Assembly (NCBI GenBank): GCA_964615445.1
Contig: CAZTOK010000004.1
Coordinates: 7,436-71,435, forward strand
DNA length: 64,000 nt
Direction of reading: 5' to 3'
DNA from: an uncultured Candidatus Saccharibacteria bacterium
GTDB lineage: Bacteria > Patescibacteriota > Saccharimonadia > Saccharimonadales > Saccharimonadaceae
The notes under the pieces are model-generated. The model ran no database searches. It saw only the letters and a list, made by a program, of their open reading frames with translations, and was not told the origin of the DNA. Made by a program: the position numbers and the translations under genes. Every line of letters starts with the position of its first letter. Within the stretch, counting starts at the first letter, position 1. This document shows, in pieces, positions 19,180-28,521 of this stretch.

Positions 19180-21612
19180 CTATGGCGCGTATCGATACTT
19201 TTCGGTGTACTCTTTAACTGGAACTTCTTGTATGCCAGTCTTTGAAACAGTGTATACTTTTTTATGATTCAATTTTGGCATAACACCTATAAATCGTTCA
19301 ATAGCATGGGCAATTGTACCGTCAATTTGACCATGTTCTGATTGAAAATCATCCGGCATAAGTCCTAAATCGAGTAGTTTATCCATTTCTTCCAAACGAA
19401 ACCAAAGCATTGTTCCGCCAAAATAGGGATACAATTCTGTCTTATCTAGCACTTTCCTAGCCACCTTATCTCCATACGAACGAGTAATTAAATCCCCAAG
19501 GATCTCTTTATTACTTCCTATATGTCGTTTCAAAGATACAAGATGTCGACTTGGTCCGACGCTTCCGGTAGAGTTATGCCTCAGTTTTTCTATAATTGCA
19601 CTAATCACTTCCGTGGTAGGCAACAGCTCTTCTAGCAAATCAGAGAGCCAATCAGAGCCATCCTCTCTATGTTTTGATTTTTTACTATGAAGTTTAAGTA
19701 CGTATTCGTAACCTGCAGCCCGCAACCTTTTAGCTACATATAAAAACGGCAATACATCTCGGCCCCGATTTGGGACAATATAACGCGTAATGATTACATT
19801 CTTGTTAGCGAGTGTCGGTTGAAAGTCTTGGTCTTTTACATCTAGCGTTACGAAAAGGTCAAATGGTTCGTTAATGAGCGCAAGGCGACTAGCAATTTTT
19901 TCCCAGAGATCGGGATAGTAAAGGTGCACGACAACAGCTAGTTTCTTATTTTTCTCCCTTTTTAATCCATATTTAGGAATATTTTTACTATTAGCTTTGT
20001 GCTTACTATGTGCAGACAACACCTCTACCGTACGATTTAATACAGCATGGCCAAGGTGGTTAGAGGGCTCCATCATCGCGCCCTCGGCCCATTCGTTCCA
20101 AGCGTTCACATAAATAAGCGGCGCTTTTTTATGTGATTGCTCTTTTACGATACGCTCAAGCCACGAAGCGTAAAGATCGGGGTTTGAGTTTTGATAGACA
20201 AAACCTTTTCCCTTTTTCCGAGCGTCATTGTCCCATGACGGTGTAAGACAAGGGTATGTTGGAAACGAATAAGCATTACTAAGCTTGTCATTTAGCGCAA
20301 TAGAGCGGTAATCCGCAACGATACCACTAAAGTTAATATCGAGTAGTTTCTGGCTAACATCGAGGTATGGAAACTGGTTTTTAGGGAAAAGGTTATTCTT
20401 GAAGAACGCGCTTTGTGGAGCAAAATCCAAAGCCGCATCGAATCCAAACCCACGAGGGTCTTTATCGTCAAAGCTGAAACATGAAACTAAGTGAAGCTCT
20501 TTTCCGTGCTGGATACGGAAATACTCCCTCCAAATATCAGCATATCTTTTAGGATCTTTTAGTTCAGAAGCTCGATATACGGTTAGAACGGGTTTTCCAT
20601 CTTCGGTAATATAGCGTTCGTCAAGCAAGATGTGCTCAATGTCTTTTATAAAATTAATAGGATCTTCATCAAGATATTCCTGAGCGATAATAACGTCACT
20701 ATTTCTTCCATCCCAGCGCTTGGTCCAGTTTTCATTCGCCCAACAAATAGAGAAGTGAAAATCCCATTCCGCGTGTGACAAAAACGTTTCAAGTGGTTTT
20801 TCCATAACTTTTTTACCGCTAAACCAGTAGTAGTAAAAAGCAAAACCATAGATACCGTATTTTTTCGCAAGATCAATTTGCTCCTTGATTTTAGAATCAA
20901 GTCGCAAGTCATAAAAACCTAAATCTTTAGGAAGGACTGGTTGTTGATGACCAATAAACCGAGGCTGGCCTGTTGTAACGTTTGCCCATTCCGTAAAGCC
21001 CTTCCCCCATGCCTTATCGTTCTCAGGAAAGGGGTGAAACTGAGGAAGGTAAATGGCCATTATACGAGGGTCAGCATTGTGTCGCACATAGTGTGATTCT
21101 AACGCACCTTCGTAATAAAATTGCTTCCGATTATTCAGTAAGTTGATATGCTCTGGCTGATTGTTAGAGAGGTCTTTGTTATATAAATCCCTTGGCAAAT
21201 CTCCGGTATTGTAAAACACCTGGGTCGTGTATAATTTTTTAAATCCACTTCCAGCGTTTATCTCAATACTGATTTCACCGTCTTGAAACTCAAACTCGCA
21301 GCTAAAACCACTGTGAAGAGCAAGCTCTTTATCCTCTTCAGGGTGCGCCTTTGCAACATCAATCCTCTTTAGGCCAGTTTGAACAAGGTATGTTTGTTCA
21401 CCATTCTTCACCCTCATTTCATAAGGTTTTCTATCTTTAGATATGATCCATCCTTCAACGCTCAGCGTCCGTTTCTCGATAGATTTTTTACGCGGACTAT
21501 CAACACTAAAATGGTAGTTCTTCGTAATGCTAAAGCGTTCTTTTACTTTATGTTTCGTACGTCGTGTTACACGAATGACACGTTTAATGTGAGCTTTCGG
21601 GTTTAAATTCAT
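19180..21612 (-). CDS. Fusion protein: WbsX-type glycosyltransferase domain plus rhamnan-synthesis RgpF-like domain
   Basis: WbsX-type block AIYLPQFHPFPENDKAWGKGFTEWANV...FAFYYYWF...WANENWTKRWDG. The C-terminal part (VVHLYYPDLWEKIASRL...RGRDVLPFL...KLHSKKS) is RgpF-like. Confidence 0.75.
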   Translation of the reverse strand: MNLNPKAHIKRVIRVTRRTKHKVKERFSITKNYHFSVDSPRKKSIEKRTLSVEGWIISKDRKPYEMRVKNGEQTYLVQTGLKRIDVAKAHPEEDKELALHSGFSCEFEFQDGEISIEINAGSGFKKLYTTQVFYNTGDLPRDLYNKDLSNNQPEHINLLNNRKQFYYEGALESHYVRHNADPRIMAIYLPQFHPFPENDKAWGKGFTEWANVTTGQPRFIGHQQPVLPKDLGFYDLRLDSKIKEQIDLAKKYGIYGFAFYYYWFSGKKVMEKPLETFLSHAEWDFHFSICWANENWTKRWDGRNSDVIIAQEYLDEDPINFIKDIEHILLDERYITEDGKPVLTVYRASELKDPKRYADIWREYFRIQHGKELHLVSCFSFDDKDPRGFGFDAALDFAPQSAFFKNNLFPKNQFPYLDVSQKLLDINFSGIVADYRSIALNDKLSNAYSFPTYPCLTPSWDNDARKKGKGFVYQNSNPDLYASWLERIVKEQSHKKAPLIYVNAWNEWAEGAMMEPSNHLGHAVLNRTVEVLSAHSKHKANSKNIPKYGLKREKNKKLAVVVHLYYPDLWEKIASRLALINEPFDLFVTLDVKDQDFQPTLANKNVIITRYIVPNRGRDVLPFLYVAKRLRAAGYEYVLKLHSKKSKHREDGSDWLSDLLEELLPTTEVISAIIEKLRHNSTGSVGPSRHLVSLKRHIGSNKEILGDLITRSYGDKVARKVLDKTELYPYFGGTMLWFRLEEMDKLLDLGLMPDDFQSEHGQIDGTIAHAIERFIGVMPKLNHKKVYTVSKTGIQEVPVKEYTEKYRYAP

Positions 21613-21615
21613 ACG

Positions 21616-23355
21616 TTATGCTTTCACTTCCATATAGCCATTTTCATGCTTAAAATTAGGGTTTAAATATATATCTTCGCGTGATGTAGTCAATGCTGGA
21701 TGATGACCGGTAATGTCAGCGTGATCGTCAATGCTTAGCTGAATGTAAGGCGTATAAATATGGCGTTTGCTATCTTCTAAAAATGAAAGCGACATATCAA
21801 GTACATTAAACTGCTTCGTTTCTTTCAGCTTTTCGAAGAACATATCCGTCTTTATAGCAAATGCTATCCCACTCACCGCACTCACGTTACGACGACTCTT
21901 GGCATAAAGTCCACGCGTATAGTGCGGATCATCAAACGGCATGCCAGCAAGCATATCTGTATATCCTAATGGCCCATAGCCTATACCAATACCAGCACTT
22001 CGTACTGTGCTGGCTGTTTCATTAAGCAAAACAGGTCCAACAAAAGCGACGCCATCAATTTCACTGTCGGCAAGAGCAATCTTTGCCCAATTATCACTCT
22101 TAATAGTAACATCGTCATTAAGGTAAAGGAGCGTTGTACCTTTAATTCTCCCTTTTATCTCGGCAATGTTCTGTAAATTCGTAAGCCTTATGAATGTTGC
22201 TCCTGGCGCAGCCGTCTGAAGCTGTTTTTTATGTGCATCCGATATGTTATGAACATGCAGAATAATCACTTCGTACTTCGCTCCAGCACTATGAGACACC
22301 ATAGACGCAAGGAGTGCTTCTGTGCGAGCAAACGCATTGAAATAAACAACTACACTTAGGTTGCTTTTTGAATTTGGCTCATATTTTATTGTTCGGTGCT
22401 GTCGAATAATTCCAGTTTCTACCGTACCGGTTTTTCCGATTCGTTCGATGTGATCCACGAGCAGTTTACGCTGAGCTTCGTACACATACGGTTTCGCATC
22501 AGTATCGGACGCTGTCGAAGCAGCGTGAATACGCCAACTGTAGAGCATCTTAGGAATATGGACGATATTATGTGTTATCTCAGAAATACGAATAAATAAA
22601 TCCCAATCCTGCGCACCTTCATACCCTTTTCTAAAACCGCCCACTTTGTGCATAATAGTGGTTCGAATACAAGAAAAGTGTGTAATATAATTGCAACTCT
22701 CTAAGAATTCAGGGCTAAAATCCGGCTTTAAAAAAGGATACGAATGAATTACACCCGAACCATCAATTTTATCTTCGTCAGAGTAAATAAAGTCTACCTT
22801 TTTATCAGCACGTAGCACCTTTACAAATTCGTAGAGTGCATTTGGCCACAGCACATCATCGTGATCCATCAATGCCACAAATTTGCCTTTAGCAATGGTC
22901 AGTGCACTATTTGTCGCCTCACTAATATGGCCATTTGTTTCACGTATAACAAGCTTAATTCTTTTATCTTTTTTCTGATATTCTTGAATGATTTTTATAA
23001 CATTTTTATCTGGCGAGTTATCATCCGCAATACATAGCTCCCAGTTTACGTATGATTGGATAATTATACTTTCAATACACTCTCTTAAGTAAACTTCGGG
23101 AGTATTGTAGGTAGGAAGTAAAATACTAATAAGTGGGTCATTTTTTTTTACATCTCGCGATTGCTCATAATAGTCTTGTATAGTCGGGTAAAATGACGTG
23201 AGGTTGTAAATTTCTCGCTGAGAATGATCCTGAACTGCCCTTAGCAATGCCTTCTTAACTGATTTAGCCGCCTTTCTCGTAAGGGGAGTGCTTTTTGCGA
23301 GTTTTTTTGAGTAGGAAAATGCTTTTTTTGCGAGTTTTTTCAGTGTTTTCTTCAT
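21616..23355 (-). CDS. Family-2 glycosyltransferase with an extra C-terminal GT-like domain
   Basis: ISILLPTYNTPEVYLRECIESI...CIADDNSPD...LMDHDD (GT2 DxD). The second half has another Rossmann-like beta-alpha pattern. Confidence 0.8.
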   Translation of the reverse strand: MKKTLKKLAKKAFSYSKKLAKSTPLTRKAAKSVKKALLRAVQDHSQREIYNLTSFYPTIQDYYEQSRDVKKNDPLISILLPTYNTPEVYLRECIESIIIQSYVNWELCIADDNSPDKNVIKIIQEYQKKDKRIKLVIRETNGHISEATNSALTIAKGKFVALMDHDDVLWPNALYEFVKVLRADKKVDFIYSDEDKIDGSGVIHSYPFLKPDFSPEFLESCNYITHFSCIRTTIMHKVGGFRKGYEGAQDWDLFIRISEITHNIVHIPKMLYSWRIHAASTASDTDAKPYVYEAQRKLLVDHIERIGKTGTVETGIIRQHRTIKYEPNSKSNLSVVVYFNAFARTEALLASMVSHSAGAKYEVIILHVHNISDAHKKQLQTAAPGATFIRLTNLQNIAEIKGRIKGTTLLYLNDDVTIKSDNWAKIALADSEIDGVAFVGPVLLNETASTVRSAGIGIGYGPLGYTDMLAGMPFDDPHYTRGLYAKSRRNVSAVSGIAFAIKTDMFFEKLKETKQFNVLDMSLSFLEDSKRHIYTPYIQLSIDDHADITGHHPALTTSREDIYLNPNFKHENGYMEVKA

Positions 23356-23357
23356 TA

Positions 23358-24389
23358 CTAATTACCCTTCGTCATCTTACTTAGCCTATGCTTTGCAGAC
23401 TGCATTTTTTGCGCCAACCGATAGGTTTTTGAATTTCGTATATTCTCGATTTCTTGCAGCAACTGCACATTATTTTCCTGCTGGACTTTAGAGGCTTGCT
23501 CAGCTTTTTTACGCTCTTTTTCAATTTGCTTCTTCTCTTGCCCAGAAAGATTCATGAGACTCAGGTAAAATACGTTCAGCTCTTCGATAACCTTTAGCTT
23601 GTCGCCATTGGTTATATCCGTCTGCCTGGTCCCGAGCCATGCTTTAACCGTGGTGTAGTCATTGTCATTTTTTAGTCCAACAATGATTTTTCTATACGAT
23701 CCCATGCCTCCAGGAAGCGTATCGAACGCTCCTAGTTCTTTATTATAATAGCTATTAAGCGCACTCATACCAGAGCCGCCAATTTCCAAGTACTTCGAGG
23801 TCAAAAACATAGCACCTTGCATAAGCAGCCAAAGCTCAACATCATTACTGCTCATGGTGAGCGTCTTCATTCCTAATTTTTGAAGCGTCGATTCAATATC
23901 TTTCTGGCTCGGGATGGCAAAGTCAATATGTTCTTTCAGCCACCTATGTCGCTCACCGTGAAGTGTTTTATAGTAATTATCGAGGCTTTTTTCTGCAAAT
24001 TCATTTGCGTCATTTTTTTGAGGAAATGCAGCAATAACCCCCCTCTTTGCAATTCGCGCAGATTCTTTTAAGAACGCGACCCTTTGCTCTTGTTTGATAT
24101 GCTCTAGTACATCAAAGCTCAGCGCAAAATCAAACTCGTTATTTTGAAAGGGAGTTTTAGTACCGTCACCTTTTATGTATCCCTCTTCTTTAACGTCAAA
24201 AACATCAAGTACTGTTACGTCATCGTTCGTATGAAGTGCACGAGTAACACCTTTATAGCCACCCATGTCAACTAGTTTAAATGCCTCTTTATTACTGGAC
24301 CGCAAAGCATTAATAGTTTCGTATACTTGAACTTGTCGACTGAATTGATCGAAGGGAAGATTAAGCCATTTTTTATACTGAGTTGTCAT
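23358..24389 (-). CDS. Class I SAM-dependent methyltransferase with a C-terminal coiled coil
   Basis: Motif I-like LVDMGGYKG, then DVLEHI. The last ~70 aa are K/E/Q-rich heptad-like (QEKKQIEKERKKAEQASKVQQENNVQLLQEIENIR). Confidence 0.65.
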   Translation of the reverse strand: MTTQYKKWLNLPFDQFSRQVQVYETINALRSSNKEAFKLVDMGGYKGVTRALHTNDDVTVLDVFDVKEEGYIKGDGTKTPFQNNEFDFALSFDVLEHIKQEQRVAFLKESARIAKRGVIAAFPQKNDANEFAEKSLDNYYKTLHGERHRWLKEHIDFAIPSQKDIESTLQKLGMKTLTMSSNDVELWLLMQGAMFLTSKYLEIGGSGMSALNSYYNKELGAFDTLPGGMGSYRKIIVGLKNDNDYTTVKAWLGTRQTDITNGDKLKVIEELNVFYLSLMNLSGQEKKQIEKERKKAEQASKVQQENNVQLLQEIENIRNSKTYRLAQKMQSAKHRLSKMTKGN

Positions 24390-24410
24390 ATCAATCTAAC
24401 AGGCGTCTTG

Positions 24411-25604
24411 CTATTCCTGTACCTTCCATTCGTTTTTCATAAGCACAATACCTTGAACGTCGCTGTCTTGTTTAATATTGAACGTGACGGCTTTAGGAAG
24501 ATATCTAAAGACTTTTGAAACGTTTTTATTCATCACTGCTACGTTTATATAATAGGTACCAGGCCCTAAAGTTTGGTCGATAGTCACGCTGATTTTAGCA
24601 ACCTTGGCCGTAATAGGATTCACGTGCGCATTTTTGCTATTGGTACCAAAAACGTACGCTCCATCAGTGTTGAAAACTTGAAACCCTACATGAATAGGTT
24701 GCGTCGTCGTTTCGCTCTCAATCGTAAATTCGGCCGTTATCGGATAACCCGATGTAAATGTTCTCGTACCCGAAGAGGCTCCCTTTGAAGTAACTTTTAT
24801 GTTCTTTACGACGTAATTGTTTACTATTTCGTCTTGCCCAGCTTTGTTCTTCTTTTTGGTACGAACATCTAAGTTCTGCTCAAGGTATCTATCGGCGATC
24901 TCACTAGGATTACCTGAAAGCACAATTTTGCCACCATCAATAAGGATGGCTTTTTCGCAAAACCGTTGCACAGCAGACATGTCGTGAGTGACTAAAATAA
25001 TCGTCCTGCCTTCTTCTTTCATATTGGCGAACATTTCGTAACATTTCTGCTGAAAGGCGGCGTCACCAACCGCCAAAACTTCGTCGAACAACAAGATATC
25101 GCTCTCTGCTCTAATAGCGATCGAAAATGCCAAACGCACCTGCATGCCTGAAGAATAATTCTTCAGCTTTTGATCCATGAACTTTTCTAGTTCTGCAAAC
25201 GAAACAATATCATCATAAATAGCTTCTACTTGTTTATGACTCATCCCAAGTAGCGCACCGTTCATAAAAATATTTTCCCTACCAGTAAGCTCAGGGTTAA
25301 AGCCAACCCCCAGCTCAATGAACGGAGTCAGGCTACCATTTACTTCTATAAGCCCAGAATCTGGGGCGTAGATGCCAGCAAGCAGCTTCAAAAGTGTACT
25401 TTTACCACTCCCGTTTTTCCCAACAATACCAAAGAATTCGCCTTTTTTAATATCAAACGATATATCAGTGAGCACCTTTTGAGTTTCAGCCCCACCCCGC
25501 CCATTAAAGATATTAATAATTGCTTGCTTTATGCCGCTGTGCTTTTCATGCGGCAACTTAAATGTTTTATGAAGATCTTTCACTGTAATAGCGACATTAC
25601 TCAT
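24411..25604 (-). CDS. wzt: Polysaccharide ABC exporter ATP-binding protein with a C-terminal glycan-binding domain (Wzt/RgpD-like)
   Basis: Walker A GKNGSGKST, signature YSSGMQVRL and Walker B ILLFDE. A ~150-aa beta-rich extension follows, as in Wzt C-domains. Confidence 0.9.
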   Translation of the reverse strand: MSNVAITVKDLHKTFKLPHEKHSGIKQAIINIFNGRGGAETQKVLTDISFDIKKGEFFGIVGKNGSGKSTLLKLLAGIYAPDSGLIEVNGSLTPFIELGVGFNPELTGRENIFMNGALLGMSHKQVEAIYDDIVSFAELEKFMDQKLKNYSSGMQVRLAFSIAIRAESDILLFDEVLAVGDAAFQQKCYEMFANMKEEGRTIILVTHDMSAVQRFCEKAILIDGGKIVLSGNPSEIADRYLEQNLDVRTKKKNKAGQDEIVNNYVVKNIKVTSKGASSGTRTFTSGYPITAEFTIESETTTQPIHVGFQVFNTDGAYVFGTNSKNAHVNPITAKVAKISVTIDQTLGPGTYYINVAVMNKNVSKVFRYLPKAVTFNIKQDSDVQGIVLMKNEWKVQE

Positions 25605-26417
25605 TTACACCGTCTCCGCAAAATATTTCTGATTTTTTCGGAAGTACCAACTTGCATATGCAATCAGTACCAAAACGAGAACATACGGCATCATGGTAAG
25701 CCATACACTATCCACAAGACCACCGGTAGTTATGGTTTGATGAGTAATGAGGTTATAGCGAGTATCTTGGACGATTTGCGCTACCGGGTTAAGCATAAGA
25801 ATTTTTGCAGCTAAGACACTGTGCGCAATAACCATACTAATAGGGTAAAGAAGAGGTGTTGCATAAAAAGCACCCTGTAAAAATACTTCCCATATGTGGC
25901 TAATATCACGATATTTTACGTACAGCGCGCCCAGCAAAAATGCGATGGCTAGCGCTAGGACATAGAGCTCAAGTATATTAAACGGTAACAGCAGTGACGT
26001 AAAATGAACATGCACGCCATTTATAATCATGAATACAAAGACGACTATTAAGTTAAGGAGGAGGTTAATAAGTGCCGAAATTGTCCCAGAAATAACAATG
26101 ATATATTTTGGAAAGTTAATTTTTCGAATAAGGTCCCCTCTTGCAACAATAGCCTGCATACCCTGATTTGTAGCTTCAATAAAGAAACTCCACATAACCA
26201 CACCAAGCAAAAGATATACCGGATAATGCTCAATGCCTCCACCGAAATTTAAAAACTTTACGAAGACAATATAAAGGATGGCGAAAAGAAGAAGTGGCTT
26301 CAATAACGACCACAAGTACCCTAAGAGAGAACCTTGGTAACGCAACTTGAAATCTGTGATAACAAGCTCTCGCAACAGAATACGATTTTTACGGCTAAAG
26401 ATATTTGAGATTTTCAT
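25605..26417 (-). CDS. wzm: ABC-2 type polysaccharide exporter permease (Wzm/RgpC-like)
   Basis: 270 aa, 6 TM, with the N-terminal motif LVITDFKLRYQGSLLGYLWSLLKP typical of ABC-2 permeases. It abuts wzt. Confidence 0.85.
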   Translation of the reverse strand: MKISNIFSRKNRILLRELVITDFKLRYQGSLLGYLWSLLKPLLLFAILYIVFVKFLNFGGGIEHYPVYLLLGVVMWSFFIEATNQGMQAIVARGDLIRKINFPKYIIVISGTISALINLLLNLIVVFVFMIINGVHVHFTSLLLPFNILELYVLALAIAFLLGALYVKYRDISHIWEVFLQGAFYATPLLYPISMVIAHSVLAAKILMLNPVAQIVQDTRYNLITHQTITTGGLVDSVWLTMMPYVLVLVLIAYASWYFRKNQKYFAETV

Positions 26418-26452
26418 ATTATCTTAAAACAGTATAAGATATATTTAACGTT

Positions 26453-27472
26453 ATGAACAGAGTTGCTGTTGTTGTATTAAATTATAAAGGCATCGAAGAC
26501 ACTACTTCGTGTCTTGCCTCGCTTGCGGCACAAACATATAAAGATTTTTTAATGGTCGCGGTTGAAAATGGCTCGCATGACGGCTCAGCCGAGAAGTTTA
26601 AAGCGTTTGAAAAAAAGTACGGCAGGCGACTACACACGCTTTATAATCAAGAAAACCTTGGATTTGACGGTGGCGTCAACACCGGCATTACATGGGCACT
26701 TGAACATGACTTTGAGTATATTGTGCTATTTAATAATGATGCAATTGCCGACAAAAAGTGGCTTGAAATACTAGTCAAAACAGCCGACAAGCAAAAAGAA
26801 GCCGGCATCATTACAGGATTACTCCTTCATCAGGACGGAAAGACGATTGATAGCACTGGTGATTGGTTTTCAACATGGGGCTTACCATTTCCACGCAATC
26901 GAGATAATCCCACCGACAAGGCACCTGCGTCAGAGTATGTATTTGGTGCGAGTGCCGGTGCGAGTTTATATAAAGCGAAAATGCTTCACGAAATTGGCAT
27001 TTTTGATAATGATTTTTTTGCATATTATGAAGATGCCGACATTAGCTTTCGTGCCCAACTTGCCGGATGGAAGGTGTACTACGAGGCAAAAGCAGTGGCA
27101 TATCATCAGCAAGGCGCTACCAGCAAACGCATGCCATCAGGCTTTACCGTGCATCAAACTTTCAAAAACCTGCCGCTTTTATTTACGAAAAACGTTCCCG
27201 CCGGTCTTCTCTTTTCCGTCGGCACCCGCTTTTGGCCTGCCTACTTTTTGATGCTTGGCAATGCTATCAAAAACGGAAGTGGCAAAGCAGCACTTACAGG
27301 ATATTTTAAGAGCATTGAACTATTTTGGAAGCATGCACTATCTAAACGCCAGTATATCCAGGCGCATAAAAAGATAAGTAATGAATATCTTCGCTCTATC
27401 TTTTGGCCAGACCTTCCACCCGATCAAACCGGTCTACGTAAATTACGCCGCTTCTTTACAGGAAAATCATGA
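26453..27472 (+). CDS. Family-2 glycosyltransferase (rhamnosyltransferase-like)
   Basis: VAVVVLNYKGIEDT...VENGSHDGS...LFNNDA...YYEDADISFR (GT2_3-like motifs). Confidence 0.8.
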   Translation: MNRVAVVVLNYKGIEDTTSCLASLAAQTYKDFLMVAVENGSHDGSAEKFKAFEKKYGRRLHTLYNQENLGFDGGVNTGITWALEHDFEYIVLFNNDAIADKKWLEILVKTADKQKEAGIITGLLLHQDGKTIDSTGDWFSTWGLPFPRNRDNPTDKAPASEYVFGASAGASLYKAKMLHEIGIFDNDFFAYYEDADISFRAQLAGWKVYYEAKAVAYHQQGATSKRMPSGFTVHQTFKNLPLLFTKNVPAGLLFSVGTRFWPAYFLMLGNAIKNGSGKAALTGYFKSIELFWKHALSKRQYIQAHKKISNEYLRSIFWPDLPPDQTGLRKLRRFFTGKS

Positions 27473-28521
27473 AATTACTTGAATATGAGGCGAAGAATCT
27501 ACTAACCCATTACACTATTCTAGTCCCAAAGGGCACACTCGTTACAGCAAATACATTACCTAGTACTGTGCCTATCGTATTAAAGTCACAGGTTCCGGTC
27601 GGTGGGCGCGGTAAGGCCGGTGGGGTGGTTATTGTCACTAAACCAAAGGACATAATACCAACAGTCAATCGTCTCTTAAAGTTGCCTATTAAGGGATACA
27701 CGCCGCGCGCACTACTTGCCGAAGAAAAGATTGACATAGTGCATGAGCTGTATATTTCGCTTACGATTGACCAGACAGAGGCTGCTGTTCGTCTCACCGC
27801 TCATAAGGACGGTGGTGTAGACGTTGAAGGCAATGAGAACTTTTTTACAACAATAATTACACAAGAAACGCTCCAAACATGTGCAAAAAGCCTAACTACT
27901 TACTTTTCGTCTAGTGACGACCTTGTTTATACACTCCTTAGCCATCTCTTTAAGGCGTTTACGCAAAATGATGCAACACTTCTTGAGATTAACCCTCTCC
28001 TTTATACGAGAGACGACGCATTTGTGTGTGGTGACTGCAAAATGGAGCTTGATGATGCAGCTGCCTTTCGTCACGATTGGTATTTTGAAGCCAAGCCCAC
28101 TAATACTAACTTTGTTACCCTGAATGAAAATGGCGTCATTGCCACTATCGCCAACGGCGCTGGCCTCGCTATGGCAACGGTTGATGCTATTACTAGTGCA
28201 GGCTTCACGGCTGCTAATTTTCTTGATATCGGCGGTGGCGCAAATATAGAAACGATACTTGACGCATTTCAAAAGATAAATGAGTTTCCTCATGTGCATG
28301 CAATTATTATTAATATCTTCGCTGGTATTACACGCTGCGATGAAGTAGCTCGAGCTATCATTGCTGCGAAGCATCATACACCTGCCCTTCCTTCGCTATT
28401 TATCCGGCTGGCAGGCACCAATTTTGAAGAAGCTGTCGAACTACTTGCCGCCGAAAATATCCCCACGCTCCCCACGCTCGAAGAATGCCTTACGGCCGCC
28501 AGAAAGAAAGCGTATGCATAA
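27469..28521 (+). CDS. sucC: Succinyl-CoA synthetase beta-subunit-like ATP-grasp protein (ADP-forming acyl-CoA ligase beta)
   Basis: MKLLEYEAKNLL...KSQVPVGGRGKAGGV...LLEINPL...ANGAGLAMATVD...NFLDIGGGA...NIFAGITRCD. ATGA overlap with the upstream GT2 gene. Confidence 0.8.
   Translation: MKLLEYEAKNLLTHYTILVPKGTLVTANTLPSTVPIVLKSQVPVGGRGKAGGVVIVTKPKDIIPTVNRLLKLPIKGYTPRALLAEEKIDIVHELYISLTIDQTEAAVRLTAHKDGGVDVEGNENFFTTIITQETLQTCAKSLTTYFSSSDDLVYTLLSHLFKAFTQNDATLLEINPLLYTRDDAFVCGDCKMELDDAAAFRHDWYFEAKPTNTNFVTLNENGVIATIANGAGLAMATVDAITSAGFTAANFLDIGGGANIETILDAFQKINEFPHVHAIIINIFAGITRCDEVARAIIAAKHHTPALPSLFIRLAGTNFEEAVELLAAENIPTLPTLEECLTAARKKAYA

Noticed and set aside
28361-28513. ORF-track start of the sucD-like gene at 28361
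   Set aside because: It would overlap 160 nt of sucC in another frame. The conserved SucD N-terminus begins at MHKSLFEVKHVIVQGITG (ATG 28514).
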